A program made the position numbers and the translations under genes. This document shows, piece after piece, positions 8,665-18,007 of a stretch of 64,000 bases of DNA. Location: IMG/VR virus record IMGVR_UViG_3300034050_000451, positions 206,866 through 270,865 of that record. One strand, written 5' to 3'. Under the pieces are notes generated by a model, which ran no database searches, was not told the DNA's origin, and saw only the letters and a program-made list of their open reading frames with translations. How positions within the stretch are numbered: position 1 is the first letter of the stretch; each line of letters starts with the position of its first letter.

Positions 8665-10782
8665 TTATTTTGTTAAGAACAACTCATTTATTGTTTTAGT
8701 TATTTGAGCCACATTTGTTACATCGATTTTCTTAGCTCCCTTACCATACATCTTCTTAAATCCTCGAGATGGTTCGGTTGTATTTGACCACTCATCTACA
8801 AAGTAAGAAAGAGTTTTAATTCCCATTCCTTCGATTTGTTTAACCATTTTACGAGTGTGTTCGAATGCCGGTTCACCACTATATCGGAAAGAACCACCTT
8901 CAAAGTAAGGTTCACCATCTGAGATGTTTAGGAAGTAAGAATCCATATCGTTATTAGAACCTAAGAAATTCTTCATAATTGCCTCAAAACATAATCCCTC
9001 AGGAGTAGTACCACCAGCTCTAAGTGCCGGAAACATTTGTTTTACCTTTGAGAACTTATCAATACGAGAATCGTAAGCCATAACCACATATGGTGAATTA
9101 CCATGTGTAGTTCTGAATGAAACCTGAATTGATAGGTTTTGAATCATATCAACTGCTTTACAAAGTGCAACCACATTGGTTAAGGTATTAACCCATTTAG
9201 AACCACCCATTGAACCACTAGCATCAATTGAGATATGTAGGTTAGCTTTTTTGTAAGAATCGGTTTCCATATATTGGAACACATTTTCATTACCAAATCC
9301 TAATGATGAAATCATTCGTTTATCAATACTACCATTCTTTTGGCGATTGAACACCGTAGAACGGTCCTCACCTCTAACCTGAAGTTTCTTTCCTAATATA
9401 GTTCCAATTCGAATTCCATTTTGAACTTCAGTCTCATAATGCATTTTAATCAATCCAGTCTCTTCAGGTTTGTACCAATTGTTATCAGTCATTGGGAACA
9501 TTTGATTTTCAAATAATGATTTGGTAAGTTTCTTAACTACTATACAAGTTGTACCCTTTCGAGAGTTACCCCAACCATCATTAACACCAGCACCAACTGA
9601 AGTAATTTCTGAACCACTTTCCTCAATTGCGTTAACATTATTTGCTTCAGTTCGAGTGATAGATTTTTTACGAATTTCACCTCTCATAAACTCTTTCTGC
9701 TTTTGAATTTTCTTTTTAAGGAGGTTTTTTTGGTTATCACTAAGAGTTAATTTATTTGATTCCTTACCACCTTCAGTTGATTCAGTTGCTTCACCACGCT
9801 CAACACCTTCAGGCATTTCAATTTCCATAGAAGAACCACCAGTTGGTTTACTATCCATATCACCCGTCATTGGAGATGAACCATCCAATGAATCCATTAA
9901 ATCATCAAATTCAGAATCACTCATTTCACGTGATTCATTTGAACTACCATTACCATTTCCATTTTGATTTTGATTTTCTTCAGAATCACCCTGTCCACCA
10001 GTACCCTCACCTTCACCATCAGATAATGATGGTAAGTTATTTAGAATAATTTGAAAAACTTCCATAGCCACATTAAATGTATCTAAGGTAGATTTCAATC
10101 GGTTAATAGTACCTAAACCAATTGTTTTATAGATTTCGGTGAAACCCGGTAAAGCGTTAAGGTTTGTATTTTTGTTGTGAATGTTAATGATTCGGAACAT
10201 ATAAGAATCAATTGTTGATTCAGTATATTCATCTGAAGTTAATCCCTTATCAATTAATGGGTCATTAAAGTATTTATCGTACATTGAACGATAGTAATCT
10301 CTATAACCCGGAGCGGAGGTAAAAACGTAGTAATCAATTCTACGGTCCTCAACCACATTCCAAATATCTTTGATAGTTGAAATTGGATTAGTAATACCTT
10401 TTTTGATTGCCCCATCTTTAATATGAGATGGAACCAAATTGTAAATATCACCTAATGTTTTAAAATCTGAAAGTTTAATGTGAGAACCTTCGTGCAATGC
10501 TAATCCAACAGCCACATCAAAATCCTTAGGGTCTACGATTTGTGAACCAATTACCACAGTCTTACCATCGGTATAGGAATCACCACGTGTACTAAATTTA
10601 ACAGGAATTGAATCGTTGGTAACGATATTAACGAAGTTGGAGATAGCTCGTTTAGAAGCGGCTAATTTGTAAAGGTCATGTGATTTACGTTCCACATCAT
10701 TCATTTGATTAACAATGATGTCATCATCTTCCCAGTCCTTTAACCAATAAGAAGAATTTCCGTACTTTTTAAATTTACTCAT
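8665..10782 (-). CDS. HExxH metallopeptidase-like domain + acidic linker + VWA domain (CobT-like partner of MoxR)
   Basis: ALHEGSH, NVVEDRRID; DASGSMG MIDAS, GGTTPEG, ISDGEP. Confidence 0.88.
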   Translation of the reverse strand: MSKFKKYGNSSYWLKDWEDDDIIVNQMNDVERKSHDLYKLAASKRAISNFVNIVTNDSIPVKFSTRGDSYTDGKTVVIGSQIVDPKDFDVAVGLALHEGSHIKLSDFKTLGDIYNLVPSHIKDGAIKKGITNPISTIKDIWNVVEDRRIDYYVFTSAPGYRDYYRSMYDKYFNDPLIDKGLTSDEYTESTIDSYMFRIINIHNKNTNLNALPGFTEIYKTIGLGTINRLKSTLDTFNVAMEVFQIILNNLPSLSDGEGEGTGGQGDSEENQNQNGNGNGSSNESREMSDSEFDDLMDSLDGSSPMTGDMDSKPTGGSSMEIEMPEGVERGEATESTEGGKESNKLTLSDNQKNLLKKKIQKQKEFMRGEIRKKSITRTEANNVNAIEESGSEITSVGAGVNDGWGNSRKGTTCIVVKKLTKSLFENQMFPMTDNNWYKPEETGLIKMHYETEVQNGIRIGTILGKKLQVRGEDRSTVFNRQKNGSIDKRMISSLGFGNENVFQYMETDSYKKANLHISIDASGSMGGSKWVNTLTNVVALCKAVDMIQNLSIQVSFRTTHGNSPYVVMAYDSRIDKFSKVKQMFPALRAGGTTPEGLCFEAIMKNFLGSNNDMDSYFLNISDGEPYFEGGSFRYSGEPAFEHTRKMVKQIEGMGIKTLSYFVDEWSNTTEPSRGFKKMYGKGAKKIDVTNVAQITKTINELFLTK

Positions 10783-10785
10783 ATT

Positions 10786-10855
10786 TTTAGGGTTTTAATT
10801 AATTTATCTCTTAATCTTATACTCAAATATACGACAAATACCTGAGATATCCAAA
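10786..10855 (-). repeat. Early promoter/leader cassette type B, copy 2
   Basis: TTTG-N20-TATATTTG, AAAACCCTAAAA leader. Confidence 0.75.
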
Positions 10856-10866
10856 TAAAATTGAAG

Positions 10867-11007
10867 TTATTTTTGATAAAATTTATCAATCTCTAATTTG
10901 GCTTGTTTTAGTGTCTTTTTAGCTTTGGTTTTTTTACCACTAAAAAGTAGTTCCATCGACTCGATTAACAATCGTCTGTGGGTTGGAAGGGTGTTTTTTG
11001 GTTTCAT
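10867..11007 (-). CDS. Small basic early protein (46 aa)
   Basis: Hand translation MKPKNTLPTHRRLLIESMELLFSGKKTKAKK...; preceded by cassette A copy 2. Confidence 0.55.
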   Translation of the reverse strand: MKPKNTLPTHRRLLIESMELLFSGKKTKAKKTLKQAKLEIDKFYQK

Positions 11008-11010
11008 ATA

Positions 11011-11078
11011 TTAGGGGTTTGATTAATTACTCTCTCAATTACCTGTCTAATATACGAATAATATTTGATATAAACAAG
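11011..11078 (-). repeat. Early promoter/leader cassette type A, copy 2
   Basis: 37-nt identity to 8235-8271 plus shared TGATATAAACAAG. Confidence 0.85.
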
Positions 11079-11105
11079 GGTTTTCTTAAAAATCTTACGA
11101 TTTTC

Positions 11106-11264
11106 TTAAAAATCTTCCTCAAATGTAGATGGAAAATCTGAATCTAAGTCTGCTAATAGAAATAATAACTCTTTTCTAGCATCCTCTACCTGTTTCCACT
11201 CTTCATATGATATTGCCTCCTCTAAACCATCAATAATATCTTGAATTCTTTCACTTATATCCAT
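11106..11264 (-). CDS. Small acidic protein (52 aa)
   Basis: Hand translation MDISERIQDIIDGLEEAISYEEWKQVEDARKELL...EEDF. Confidence 0.55.
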   Translation of the reverse strand: MDISERIQDIIDGLEEAISYEEWKQVEDARKELLFLLADLDSDFPSTFEEDF

Positions 11265-11311
11265 AATAATGTTTTTATTTATATGGGTTTAAATATAAGA
11301 TATTTGAAAAA

Positions 11312-11998
11312 TTAGTGATTTGCAACTTTTGAGTAGATATATGGACCTGTTTTTGGCCCCCATATTTGAGTTCCAGAATCATCCCAACCCCTCTCCCAAC
11401 TAATAACTTCGTGTTGGTATATTACAAACTCAGTTGTAGTGTAGGTTGCTCCCTTAAATGAGCCTTTACAATCCGATTCATTGGTACTACCTCTAAATGC
11501 CCCTAAGTTATCTTTGTATATCTTTATATCACACCCCACTTTATATGGTAGGTCATAGATGGCAAGTGCCTTTAGTTTGTTGGTATCAACTTTAAATGTT
11601 ATATCATCTAAATTAAACTTACCAGACGCAACTTTGGTATCAGTTAGTACATTCCAAAAATCAACTTCATTTGGTATTGAGAATATGTTTAAACCAATGT
11701 AATAATCATCAATTTGGTATATTGCGTATATACGTTGTCTATATGGATAGTACTTACCCTCAATTAGTTCACCTTGCTGAGTATAGATTAGAGTCGCTTC
11801 ATCATGTGTATCATACTCTACAGTCCTTACTAATACATCACCTCTGGTGGTATCAATGGTTGAATGGTATTTAGTTGAAAACCTACCTGTAATTGAATGT
11901 ATGTACTTATCAAAATCAAGTGAGTCCAATTTGGTTTGAGAATATCCAAATATTGGTAGTAATACTACGGAAATGGTTATAAAAATAAACTTTTTCAT
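11312..11998 (-). CDS. CpcT/CpeT-family (T-type bilin lyase-like) protein with signal peptide
   Basis: TGRFS, PYRQRIY, GC, FRGST..C.GSFKGATY, ISWERGWD..G.QIWG...GPY. Confidence 0.8.
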   Translation of the reverse strand: MKKFIFITISVVLLPIFGYSQTKLDSLDFDKYIHSITGRFSTKYHSTIDTTRGDVLVRTVEYDTHDEATLIYTQQGELIEGKYYPYRQRIYAIYQIDDYYIGLNIFSIPNEVDFWNVLTDTKVASGKFNLDDITFKVDTNKLKALAIYDLPYKVGCDIKIYKDNLGAFRGSTNESDCKGSFKGATYTTTEFVIYQHEVISWERGWDDSGTQIWGPKTGPYIYSKVANH

Positions 11999-13488
11999 AT
12001 TTTGAATTTTTCTTTAATATTTGCTTTGTAGAATAAATCTTTTTGTGGTTCCAGTTCCATAAAATCCGATTGTAAAATCTCTTCATTTATATCAACACCA
12101 TTACAATATACTTCATCCTCAGTTCCTCTGGATGTTCTTGTGATTGTTATGTTATTAACCATAAATCTAATTGGAACGTTTATTTTGTTCATATGAATAT
12201 GCAACATATGCTCATGTGGAACCAAATAATACCCTTCAGTTAAATAATTCATTATGAAAAAATAGCACGTTGAATAATAATCCATCATCTTTGGTGAACC
12301 ATATGCAAATAGGTCCGATATACCCTCCGATTTATCGTGATTATTTAACCTAACCCTACCATGTGGTAAATTTAACATATCATTAATGGATATATCTAAA
12401 TTATCATCAAAATAAGTATCAGTTCTAGCTCTTATTACAATATCATAATCAATACCCAAATCCTTTGTTAATAAATTTGCTCTCCAAATTTTGTACCACA
12501 TACTCATTGTACCAAAGTTCACACAGGAATCTCTTAAAAAATACAATAATGAAGTTGGTGGTTCAATACCAATTCTTAGAATAGATAAGGTAGATTCATT
12601 AAATGAATTATAATTTTCAACCTCCACCTTCTTAACATTGTATATCCTATGAAAGTTTTCAATAGTATCACCACATTCAGTATTATAAGTGTCCCAGAAT
12701 GAACCATATACATCAATGTCATACTTCTTAATCAATTCACCCCAATACTCCTTAGTTCTATCTAAATCTCTTATTTCACCAGAGAAACACAATGCTATCT
12801 TTGGCTTATGTAAACTGTTAGTTTGTTTTTTTGTGTTCATTTCTGATTTATTAAATGAATATCCGAAATAATCCAAGTCAGATTTCCATAATTTTGTTAA
12901 TCTCTCAATTTGGTCATCTCTATATGTTATAACGTTATCAACCTTTGGTTGTGTGAATTCAAGCGATATTGGTAAATTTATTGTTTCTGAGAATTTAGCT
13001 AAATCCTCATTAATATATTCACTCCTTATTATAATACTATTATCATCAAATAACCAATTACCATTGATATCCTTTAATTGTGAAAACATTGAGTTACGAA
13101 ATGCGGGTGCATGAAATACAATAGATTTATTTAGATAGATATCCACAAATTTTTGGAAATCATCAACTGAATTTATATCAGCTAGATTATAATGAGTCTT
13201 TAGATTAGCCCAGTTTTCTTTATAATAATCTACCAAAATATTAAATGGATTTCTAATAGTTGTAATAAATACATCATTTGGACTTAACTTAAATGTAGCT
13301 ACATCTCTAAATATATTAGGTGTTTGTTGTGGGTAATCCCAATCTTGCCAACCTTTTATTTTAGTAGGATAGTTCCAACTATGTCCTGCTGAATGTATTT
13401 TGTATTCATTGGCTCTTTTGCCATGAAATAAATTTTCAAATAACCCAAAATCGGATGCTGGTATTTTTATGTAAACGTAATTTATCAT
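11995..13488 (-). CDS. Fusion: degenerate sulfotransferase-like N-domain + putative glycosyltransferase C-domain
   Basis: YIKIP / TIRNPF motifs; KIALCFSGEIR...YDIVIRARTD...SDLFAYG. Confidence 0.6.
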   Translation of the reverse strand: MINYVYIKIPASDFGLFENLFHGKRANEYKIHSAGHSWNYPTKIKGWQDWDYPQQTPNIFRDVATFKLSPNDVFITTIRNPFNILVDYYKENWANLKTHYNLADINSVDDFQKFVDIYLNKSIVFHAPAFRNSMFSQLKDINGNWLFDDNSIIIRSEYINEDLAKFSETINLPISLEFTQPKVDNVITYRDDQIERLTKLWKSDLDYFGYSFNKSEMNTKKQTNSLHKPKIALCFSGEIRDLDRTKEYWGELIKKYDIDVYGSFWDTYNTECGDTIENFHRIYNVKKVEVENYNSFNESTLSILRIGIEPPTSLLYFLRDSCVNFGTMSMWYKIWRANLLTKDLGIDYDIVIRARTDTYFDDNLDISINDMLNLPHGRVRLNNHDKSEGISDLFAYGSPKMMDYYSTCYFFIMNYLTEGYYLVPHEHMLHIHMNKINVPIRFMVNNITITRTSRGTEDEVYCNGVDINEEILQSDFMELEPQKDLFYKANIKEKFKI

Positions 13489-13805
13489 AGTAAATATTTA
13501 TCACCCTCTACACAAGGGAATTTAATAACTGTTGTTGTTGTATTATCTAAAACTTTAAAATCAGTAGATTCACCGGGTTCGATTGTAATTACATCACCCT
13601 TTGTATAAACAGTACCATTCATACGAACCAATCCTTGTGTTATAATTGTTATTTCAGTTGCAACTTTGTGATAATGGGCTACTTCATAATCCCCTGTTTT
13701 ATATTCCTTAACAGCTACCTCAAAATCGTTCGTTTTGAAAAGAGATGGGTTGAAGTTTCCAACTACCCATCCTTTAAAAAAATCATTTAATTTATCTACT
13801 TTCAT
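13485..13805 (-). CDS. Cupin-fold protein of polysaccharide loci
   Basis: GWVVGNF, HYHKVATEIT, GDVITIEPGE. Confidence 0.75.
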   Translation of the reverse strand: MKVDKLNDFFKGWVVGNFNPSLFKTNDFEVAVKEYKTGDYEVAHYHKVATEITIITQGLVRMNGTVYTKGDVITIEPGESTDFKVLDNTTTTVIKFPCVEGDKYLL

Positions 13806-14191
13806 TATAAATAATCTTGCATTAATAAGTTAGCAACTATATAGTTTGTAGATGCCATTGGAATTGAATCCAAATTAGAAATATCAAACCAAGTTACATC
13901 AATATGTTCTTTTGCTTTTGCTCCACTACCATCATTATCATCTTTGGTAAGTTCTACATTATAGAACCAAACATCATATGGATGTTCTTGTACGCTGGTA
14001 TAAAATTCACCAACTTTAACAATTGCATCTAATTCCTCTATCCACTCCCTTTCAAGAGCTTGTTTATCAATTTCACCAACTTCCACCTTTCCACCAGGAA
14101 ATTCCCAATGCCCATCAGGTTTCAATCCTAATAACACATATGGTGTGTTATCAATATACTTAATACAAATCCCCGCTACTACTTTTTTCAT
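13805..14191 (-). CDS. NUDIX hydrolase
   Basis: WEFPGGKVEVGE...ALEREWIEEL Nudix box. Confidence 0.9.
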   Translation of the reverse strand: MKKVVAGICIKYIDNTPYVLLGLKPDGHWEFPGGKVEVGEIDKQALEREWIEELDAIVKVGEFYTSVQEHPYDVWFYNVELTKDDNDGSGAKAKEHIDVTWFDISNLDSIPMASTNYIVANLLMQDYL

Positions 14192-14630
14192 CTTTGTAAT
14201 TTTTTATATAATCCGAACAAACTCCTTTACATTCTGAAATATCATCATTATGAATTTCAGGCATTACTGCAATACTATTTTTAACAGGTTGTTTTCCTGG
14301 ATACACCCACATATAACCATGTGATGTTAATGTCATTGTATCTTCTTCATGCCAAAAGTAATTGAATCCACCAATCATATTAAACCACTCTATTGCTTCT
14401 ACATTTTTACAATGTATCCACAACTTAGAATGTCTTTCGTTTAACCAGTGTTGTGAGATTCCATATTGTGGTTCATCATGTCCTAATAAAAGAACACCTT
14501 CTATCATCCACACATCAATTTCAACATCATATCCAGCATTAAGTGCTTCATCTATATAATCAGGTCTATTTTCAACATCCGTTAATTTACCTTCTAAATT
14601 TCCCCTATGTGATATTAGTATCATTTCCAT
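14160..14630 (-). CDS. GDPD/PLC-like phosphodiesterase
   Basis: ISHRGN, EN, VEIDVW, LGHD, WIHCKN, GVCSD. Confidence 0.8.
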   Translation of the reverse strand: MEMILISHRGNLEGKLTDVENRPDYIDEALNAGYDVEIDVWMIEGVLLLGHDEPQYGISQHWLNERHSKLWIHCKNVEAIEWFNMIGGFNYFWHEEDTMTLTSHGYMWVYPGKQPVKNSIAVMPEIHNDDISECKGVCSDYIKNYKDEKSSSGDLY

Positions 14631-15370
14631 TTGTTATAAGGCAATATTTCATCAAATAATTCATTTATATTTTCTATACTTTCATTATTATGTGGTGAAA
14701 AATCACTATACCAATGCGTTTTAAATATATTTGCAATTACTTTATATGGTTTTAATTTATCCAATTTTAATATATCAAAATTTTCAAACATTATTTCTGC
14801 TGGGGTTTCATTTACCAAATCAGTTTTATACTTAGCCATTAAAAATGAACGAGTTAGATGGATTTCAGGTTCCCAATATTTATGTTTAACCCCATCCTTT
14901 ACATGAAATATCAATTCATTATCAAATGCATACTTAGCTGCACTATACATAAATTTAAGAGATTCGATTGTACCACCAATGATGTGGTCTGATATATGAT
15001 ATTTGAAATGTAATGGGTGTCTAAAAAATATAGGTGCTGACCATATCTTTGATGGGTTACTTTTTATAGATTCACTAATGGTATTTATATTTGAAAAATA
15101 CTCATCTCCTCTAAATTTTATTACATATTTAGTTTTAACATTACTAAGTCCATTTAACGTAGATATGAATTGATAGTTCATATTCTGGTCACCTGATTTT
15201 TCAGGTAAATGAGATTGAACTATTGTTAAATTATTAGGAAAATAAGAAAGGTCTAATTGATGATTAGACCAAGTTGAAATTACAATTGGATATTGAGGAT
15301 AGGCCTCAACATAGAAATTATAGGTTTCTTGGGTAATTTTACCCTGAATTAAAATTGTAACATCTTCCAT
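14621..15370 (-). CDS. WavE-like polysaccharide synthesis protein
   Basis: TILIQG, ISTW, Q..STLNGL, KFRGD, HISDH. Confidence 0.7.
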   Translation of the reverse strand: MEDVTILIQGKITQETYNFYVEAYPQYPIVISTWSNHQLDLSYFPNNLTIVQSHLPEKSGDQNMNYQFISTLNGLSNVKTKYVIKFRGDEYFSNINTISESIKSNPSKIWSAPIFFRHPLHFKYHISDHIIGGTIESLKFMYSAAKYAFDNELIFHVKDGVKHKYWEPEIHLTRSFLMAKYKTDLVNETPAEIMFENFDILKLDKLKPYKVIANIFKTHWYSDFSPHNNESIENINELFDEILPYNKWK

Positions 15371-15551
15371 TAAACAAGTATAACCTAATGATTAGTAATC
15401 ATCTGAGAATCTATCCTTACGATACTTCTCTTTTCTTTTATATTCAGTTTTTTTCTTATTTGCGAGTTTCTTTTTCATTCCATCAAACTCATTATCCCAA
15501 TGGTTTGAAGAAAGTGAATTATTCTGCTTCATAATAAACTAATACTTAAAT

Positions 15552-15833
15552 TTATTTTTGTGAATCAAATTTATTGACTTGTGAATCAATCAACTTAGCT
15601 AAAGTGTTTTGCAACTTTTCTAATTTTTGGATTTCATTAAAATAGTATGAACTATCTTTATGTACCAATTGATTAATTTTATCTTCAATTCTATCCAAAT
15701 CCTTTTGGCAATTTACTTTAGCCAATTTTAGTTCATATTTCAATTCATTAGTTTGATACATCATTCTAATGATTACAAAAATCCCTAATATGAATATAAT
15801 TGCGATTATACTAAAAATCAATAAATAATCCAT
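15552..15833 (-). CDS. Membrane-anchored coiled-coil protein
   Basis: N-terminal hydrophobic helix. Confidence 0.55.
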   Translation of the reverse strand: MDYLLIFSIIAIIFILGIFVIIRMMYQTNELKYELKLAKVNCQKDLDRIEDKINQLVHKDSSYYFNEIQKLEKLQNTLAKLIDSQVNKFDSQK

Positions 15834-16133
15834 TTATTTTTTTGTAGATGGTTTTCTTTTTCCTTTAGAAGTTCCTTTAACTGCATCAATTACATCTTTA
15901 GATTCTTTAGCAACTTTCTTAACCGCTGCAACAACTTCTTTAGATTCTTTAGCAATATTATTAGCTCTAACCTTAACTTGCTTAGTTACTTCTTTAACTT
16001 TAGCTGCTGTATCTTCAATTGAGTCTGGAATTAAATCTCCATCCTTATCTTCTATTTTACCTGTCTTTTGTAAATAGATTACGATACCAATAGCTACAGC
16101 TAATACTCCAATAATAATTAAAATTGTGTTCAT
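15834..16133 (-). CDS. Membrane-anchored Lys-rich protein
   Basis: N-terminal TM, DKDGDLIPD motif, AKESK repeats; class II motif upstream. Confidence 0.6.
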   Translation of the reverse strand: MNTILIIIGVLAVAIGIVIYLQKTGKIEDKDGDLIPDSIEDTAAKVKEVTKQVKVRANNIAKESKEVVAAVKKVAKESKDVIDAVKGTSKGKRKPSTKK

Positions 16134-16313
16134 TCTTTTTTTTTTTAAATTAATTTACTTTGATATAAATATTATCAAAATTAGATAAACATATGAAAAT
16201 CATCATCAACTGAATCCGAAACCATATCTTTGTTTATTACATGTAGTTTCTTATCTGATAAGATGGTTACAAATGTTATTGCTAATCCTAATAATAATCT
16301 TTTAAAATAGGTT

Positions 16314-16577
16314 CTAATACTCTCCATACAATGAATACTTTTTATCGGGTTGTGGTTCTATTACTTTTTGTTCTTTTTCAATCACGTAAGTGAAACCATC
16401 CTTAGCATCCATGTAAAATTGTGTATTGCCTCTTTTCTGATAAACATACTCTAATAAATCGGTCAACGATTCAAGTATGACTGAAGTGTTGTCTAAGGGA
16501 GTCCACCTGTCTCCAGGTGCTACTCTCTTAGCAACTTTTATTTTCACCTCTTCGGTAATAACTTCAGGTTCTTTCAT
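16314..16577 (-). CDS. Hypothetical protein
   Basis: ORF track. Confidence 0.55.
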   Translation of the reverse strand: MKEPEVITEEVKIKVAKRVAPGDRWTPLDNTSVILESLTDLLEYVYQKRGNTQFYMDAKDGFTYVIEKEQKVIEPQPDKKYSLYGEY

Positions 16578-16789
16578 TATTCAATAACTCTGATAATTCT
16601 GCTTTCTCTTGCTCCACTTACTTTGTAGTCTACAACCACACCCGCATCCATAAAGTCTTTTACAACTCTTGCTTCAGCTTCTGTTACCGATTGTGCATCT
16701 ACTAAATAAATTTCTTTGTTCTTCTTGTCTTTACCATTCTTAAGAGTGGCAACTACAACTTCTACTGTAACTTCAAAATACTTGTTCAT
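16577..16789 (-). CDS. DUF4494-like protein (Bacteroidota family)
   Basis: YFEV...GKDKK.KE.YLVDAQSVTEAEARV. Confidence 0.75.
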   Translation of the reverse strand: MNKYFEVTVEVVVATLKNGKDKKNKEIYLVDAQSVTEAEARVVKDFMDAGVVVDYKVSGARESRIIRVIE

Positions 16790-16871
16790 AATTTGTGTTT
16801 TATATTTATATATATTGTTTATTTATGTAAAGATACGAAAAAAATCTGAATTTACCAAACTTTTTTTAAAA

Positions 16872-17444
16872 TTAATATTCGTACTCCGCTTTTGGACCTG
16901 TAAGGTTCCCATTTATAAGGAATGAGCAATTAAAACATAGCATTCTAAGGTTCTCATATTTGTGGTTGCATCTATCTCCATCAATAAAATCTAATACTAA
17001 TGGAACCTTGAAATCGGTTACCCGTTTTTCTTCAAATCCACAACTATTACATTTTTCTAACATATATCCATTATTCAATAATCTCTTTTTGAATTTATGT
17101 ATTGGGTAATTGGGATACATACCAGCTAAGATATCATCCAATGCATGGGTACTACCCTTATCAGATGAACCTTTGGTTATACCAAGTCCAAATGGATTCT
17201 TCAAATCTTCAAAGATACCATAATCTCTTGCGTATTTCTTATATGTATTGTATGATACTCCCAACATTCTAGCAGCTTCCATAGCGGAACGTGCTTTTTG
17301 TTGTACATCTCTAATTTCAGATTCCATTAGAGGTTTTGCACCTAACCCACGTTTAGTTCGTTGTTTGGGTGCTTTCGATAAATCTTTGGTTGGGTCAAAG
17401 TTTGGGAACATTGGTTCCTCATTTGTAACATCTTCCATTTTCAT
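16872..17444 (-). CDS. HTH + degenerate HNH/zinc-finger protein
   Basis: SAMEAARMLGVSYNTYKKYA; CNSC...LDFIDGD..N...NLRMLCFNCS. Confidence 0.7.
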   Translation of the reverse strand: MKMEDVTNEEPMFPNFDPTKDLSKAPKQRTKRGLGAKPLMESEIRDVQQKARSAMEAARMLGVSYNTYKKYARDYGIFEDLKNPFGLGITKGSSDKGSTHALDDILAGMYPNYPIHKFKKRLLNNGYMLEKCNSCGFEEKRVTDFKVPLVLDFIDGDRCNHKYENLRMLCFNCSFLINGNLTGPKAEYEY

Positions 17445-17496
17445 ATACTATTTTAAGTTTCTACTATATGTATATAAATATAGGTTATTTGATTTT

Positions 17497-17967
17497 TTAT
17501 AATTTATGATTATCTATTAGATAATTAACTATACTCCCAAATGAAAGTTCAAAATTATTTCGGAATGTATCAACTGATATGAAGTTTTCGGTTGGTGCAC
17601 CATATGTGGAATAATCCAATGGTTGCTTTGAATTGTGAACATAAAATTCAGAAAAGTTAGTCAAACCTATTCTACGTTTAAACTCCTCTCTAACCTCTTT
17701 ATATGGTGATATATCAGATACTACTACATCACAACCCGTTGTGTGTAGGTATTGGGCAATCATTTGTAAATGTCTTATGTGTTTGATTGTACCAGAATCA
17801 GTATAATCTGTATTATTTGTAATCTTTCTTAACTCTTCACTATCTAAGTAAAATACATCCCTTCTCCAATTTCTTTTTTCAGATTGGAGAAGTGTGTGAA
17901 GTCTTTTTCCCAATTCTCTACTATTACTAGCTTCACCAGTAAACCAATAGATTCTACCTTTTGACAT
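17497..17967 (-). CDS. Adenylylsulfate-kinase (CysC)-like protein with degenerate P-loop
   Basis: IYWFTG, LDSEELR, VVVS.ISPY...R, EFYV, Y.AP; GxxGxGKS is missing. Confidence 0.6.
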   Translation of the reverse strand: MSKGRIYWFTGEASNSRELGKRLHTLLQSEKRNWRRDVFYLDSEELRKITNNTDYTDSGTIKHIRHLQMIAQYLHTTGCDVVVSDISPYKEVREEFKRRIGLTNFSEFYVHNSKQPLDYSTYGAPTENFISVDTFRNNFELSFGSIVNYLIDNHKL

Positions 17968-18007
17968 AACTTTTATTTATTTTACAAATATACGAAATTA
18001 ATTTGGA

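Noticed and set aside
8224-11116. Repeats as a CRISPR array or IS ends
   Set aside because: Copies are hundreds to thousands of bases apart and coincide with promoters; no transposase; the TTTTCTTAAAAATCTT duplication at 11081-11116 has only two copies
11312-11998. Cyanophage identity suggested by CpeT-like and CobS-like genes
   Set aside because: Promoter consensus, DUF4494, Hc1-like protein and general lack of SD motifs point to Bacteroidota; no photosynthesis genes
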